Below are positions 62,596 through 64,000 of a DNA stretch of 64,000 nt, piece by piece (within the stretch, counting starts at the first letter, position 1; every line of letters starts with the position of its first letter). The position numbers and the translations under genes are program-made. The notes under the pieces are model-generated. The model saw only the letters and a program-made list of their open reading frames with translations. It did no database searches and was not told the origin of the DNA. The stretch is from Camelus dromedarius (lineage: Eukaryota), in assembly GCF_036321535.1 (NCBI RefSeq), contig NC_087438.1:11410001-11474000 (forward strand). Reading direction: 5' to 3'.

Positions 62596-63326
62596 AGATG
62601 TATCCCAGGTCACCTTAAGGTGTCCATCCACTCACCAGGCAGCAAAGAGACCTTCAGTGGTAAATAAAACAATATTTAAATGCACTAAGTTCCTTTATTG
62701 TTCCCTTTTCTATTCGGTAATACAGAGAGAAACAGTGTTTCTGTGCATCATTGGGTCATTGGTTTTCCCAGCCTATGATCGTTTAAAATGATAATTGGGA
62801 CGTTGTATTTATGAGTTAATATTTAGATAGTACTTAAAACAGTGTCTTGTACATAATAAATGCTTTATATATTTTTTTAAATTAAAAGAAATTGTAAAGA
62901 ATTTAAACAAGGGTAGATCATATTTTCAAATGGCTGAGGGAATTCAGGGATTTGCTTTGCTTTGGAAACATTCTAATTAATTTTTGATATTCTACATGTT
63001 CATAAGTTCACTGGCGATTTCTCTCTTGGGAGTTGAGTTTGTGAGCTAGACTATCGCTCCCTGTGGGACCTGTTTCCTGCTGTGAACTGAAAATTTACAT
63101 CTCTCCTTACCAGAAGCTAAATTCAATACTATAGCATCTACGGCATTTTGAAAGATGCAGACGTTGGCATTTCGTAACTATTCATGGAGAAATAAGGCAA
63201 AAGCACTACCTGACAATTGAAGACAGAAAACAATTAAGGCTGCCATCCAAAGTGCAATTGGCAGGTTGAAAATTATGGACTGCGAGCCTTTTCATGAAAA
63301 CCCGTGTGTTTTCTTCTCTTGACAAA

Positions 63327-63453
63327 GCTTTGCAAAGCCATCCATGAGCTCCTTTCCCGAGCTTTGCAAAGCCATCCATGAGCTCCTTTCCCGAGCTTTG
63401 CAAAGCCATCCATGAGCTCCTTTCCCGAGCTTTGCAAAGCCATCCATGAGCTC
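63327..63453. repeat. Perfect 34-bp minisatellite, 3.7 copies
   Basis: GCTTTGCAAAGCCATCCATGAGCTCCTTTCCCGA at 63327, 63361 and 63395, plus a 25-nt partial copy at 63429; no mismatches. Confidence 0.97.
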
Positions 63454-64000
63454 GCTGGAGAGGAGCAAATAAGCGTTGCTGCCTGTCCCCTTCTGTCAGG
63501 GAAAAGCCAGCTCTGATGGTTACAACTGATGTGTTCTGGGAAAAAAGGAAAAACACAAACGCTCCTGTTCCACTTTAGATAACTTAAGTTAGACAGAGCA
63601 AGTCTTAAAATTGTGGGGGCAGTGTAGAAATGTTTATCTGTTTGTGAGTTTTTCATTGTGAGTTTTCATATTTCATTGTTATTGGCAGTGAGCAGGGATG
63701 TCTGATCTGCACCAGCAGGTATCATGAACAAAGCACCAAGAATCCAGCTCCGAGATACTTCAGGCGGTGTCAGCTGCAAGAGATTGTTTTTCTGTGTGCG
63801 TGTGTCTTTTTAAACATCTTCGGAGTAGAGTAACATTATTAATCTAAGTGTGTGTACTGCCTCAGCCTAAATTAAGTGGAGGGGCAAATGAAAAAAAAAA
63901 AAAGACCTAAAAATGAAATGTTGATAAAGCACAGAGCTGTTCCAGCTTGTTCAATCTGAAACATCTGGTGGCTCCAAGTGCAAGCGGTCCCCGACTTACG

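Noticed and set aside
73..62791. The many 60-160 aa ORFs in the six-frame track
   Set aside because: No recognisable domains, lengths expected by chance, many overlap MIR, L2 or MLT relics, and no exon chain matches a protein I know
63206..63656. Minus-strand ORFs of 116 and 127 aa with repeated peptides; CRISPR-like appearance of the 34-bp palindromic repeat
   Set aside because: The ORFs are open because the 34-bp unit lacks stops and cycles through frames. Units are head-to-tail with no spacers, there are no cas genes, and the context is mammalian

Overview
This is mammalian non-coding DNA (intergenic or deep intronic), most likely from a camelid (alpaca, llama or camel). A tRNA-derived Vic-1-type SINE sits at 27632-27738, L1 3' ends look cetartiodactyl, and I saw no Alu, B1, BovB or PRE-1. 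I recognise no host protein-coding exon. The only protein homology in the ORF track is LINE-1 ORF2, the best copy being a young 1.6-kb 5'-truncated L1 at 52947-54558 with one in-frame stop. The rest is L1 3' fragments, MaLR (MLT1) LTRs, two ERV1-type solo LTRs, MIR/L2 relics, hAT DNA-transposon relics and several apparently TE-poor, motif-rich stretches that may be enhancers. I found no convincing new multi-gene system. The most notable observations are: a perfect 34-bp x3.7 minisatellite containing palindromes (63327-63453); an imperfect palindrome of about 110 bp centred on TAATTAATTA (10350-10460); three ultra-short TSD-flanked L1/poly(A) insertions; two 5'-inverted (twin-primed) L1s; small minus-strand exon candidates with strong splice signals; and a 30-aa signal-peptide-like smORF in an exon-like frame (38408-38500). 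Repeat subfamily names come from recalled consensus similarity, not a database search, and boundaries of old repeats are approximate.
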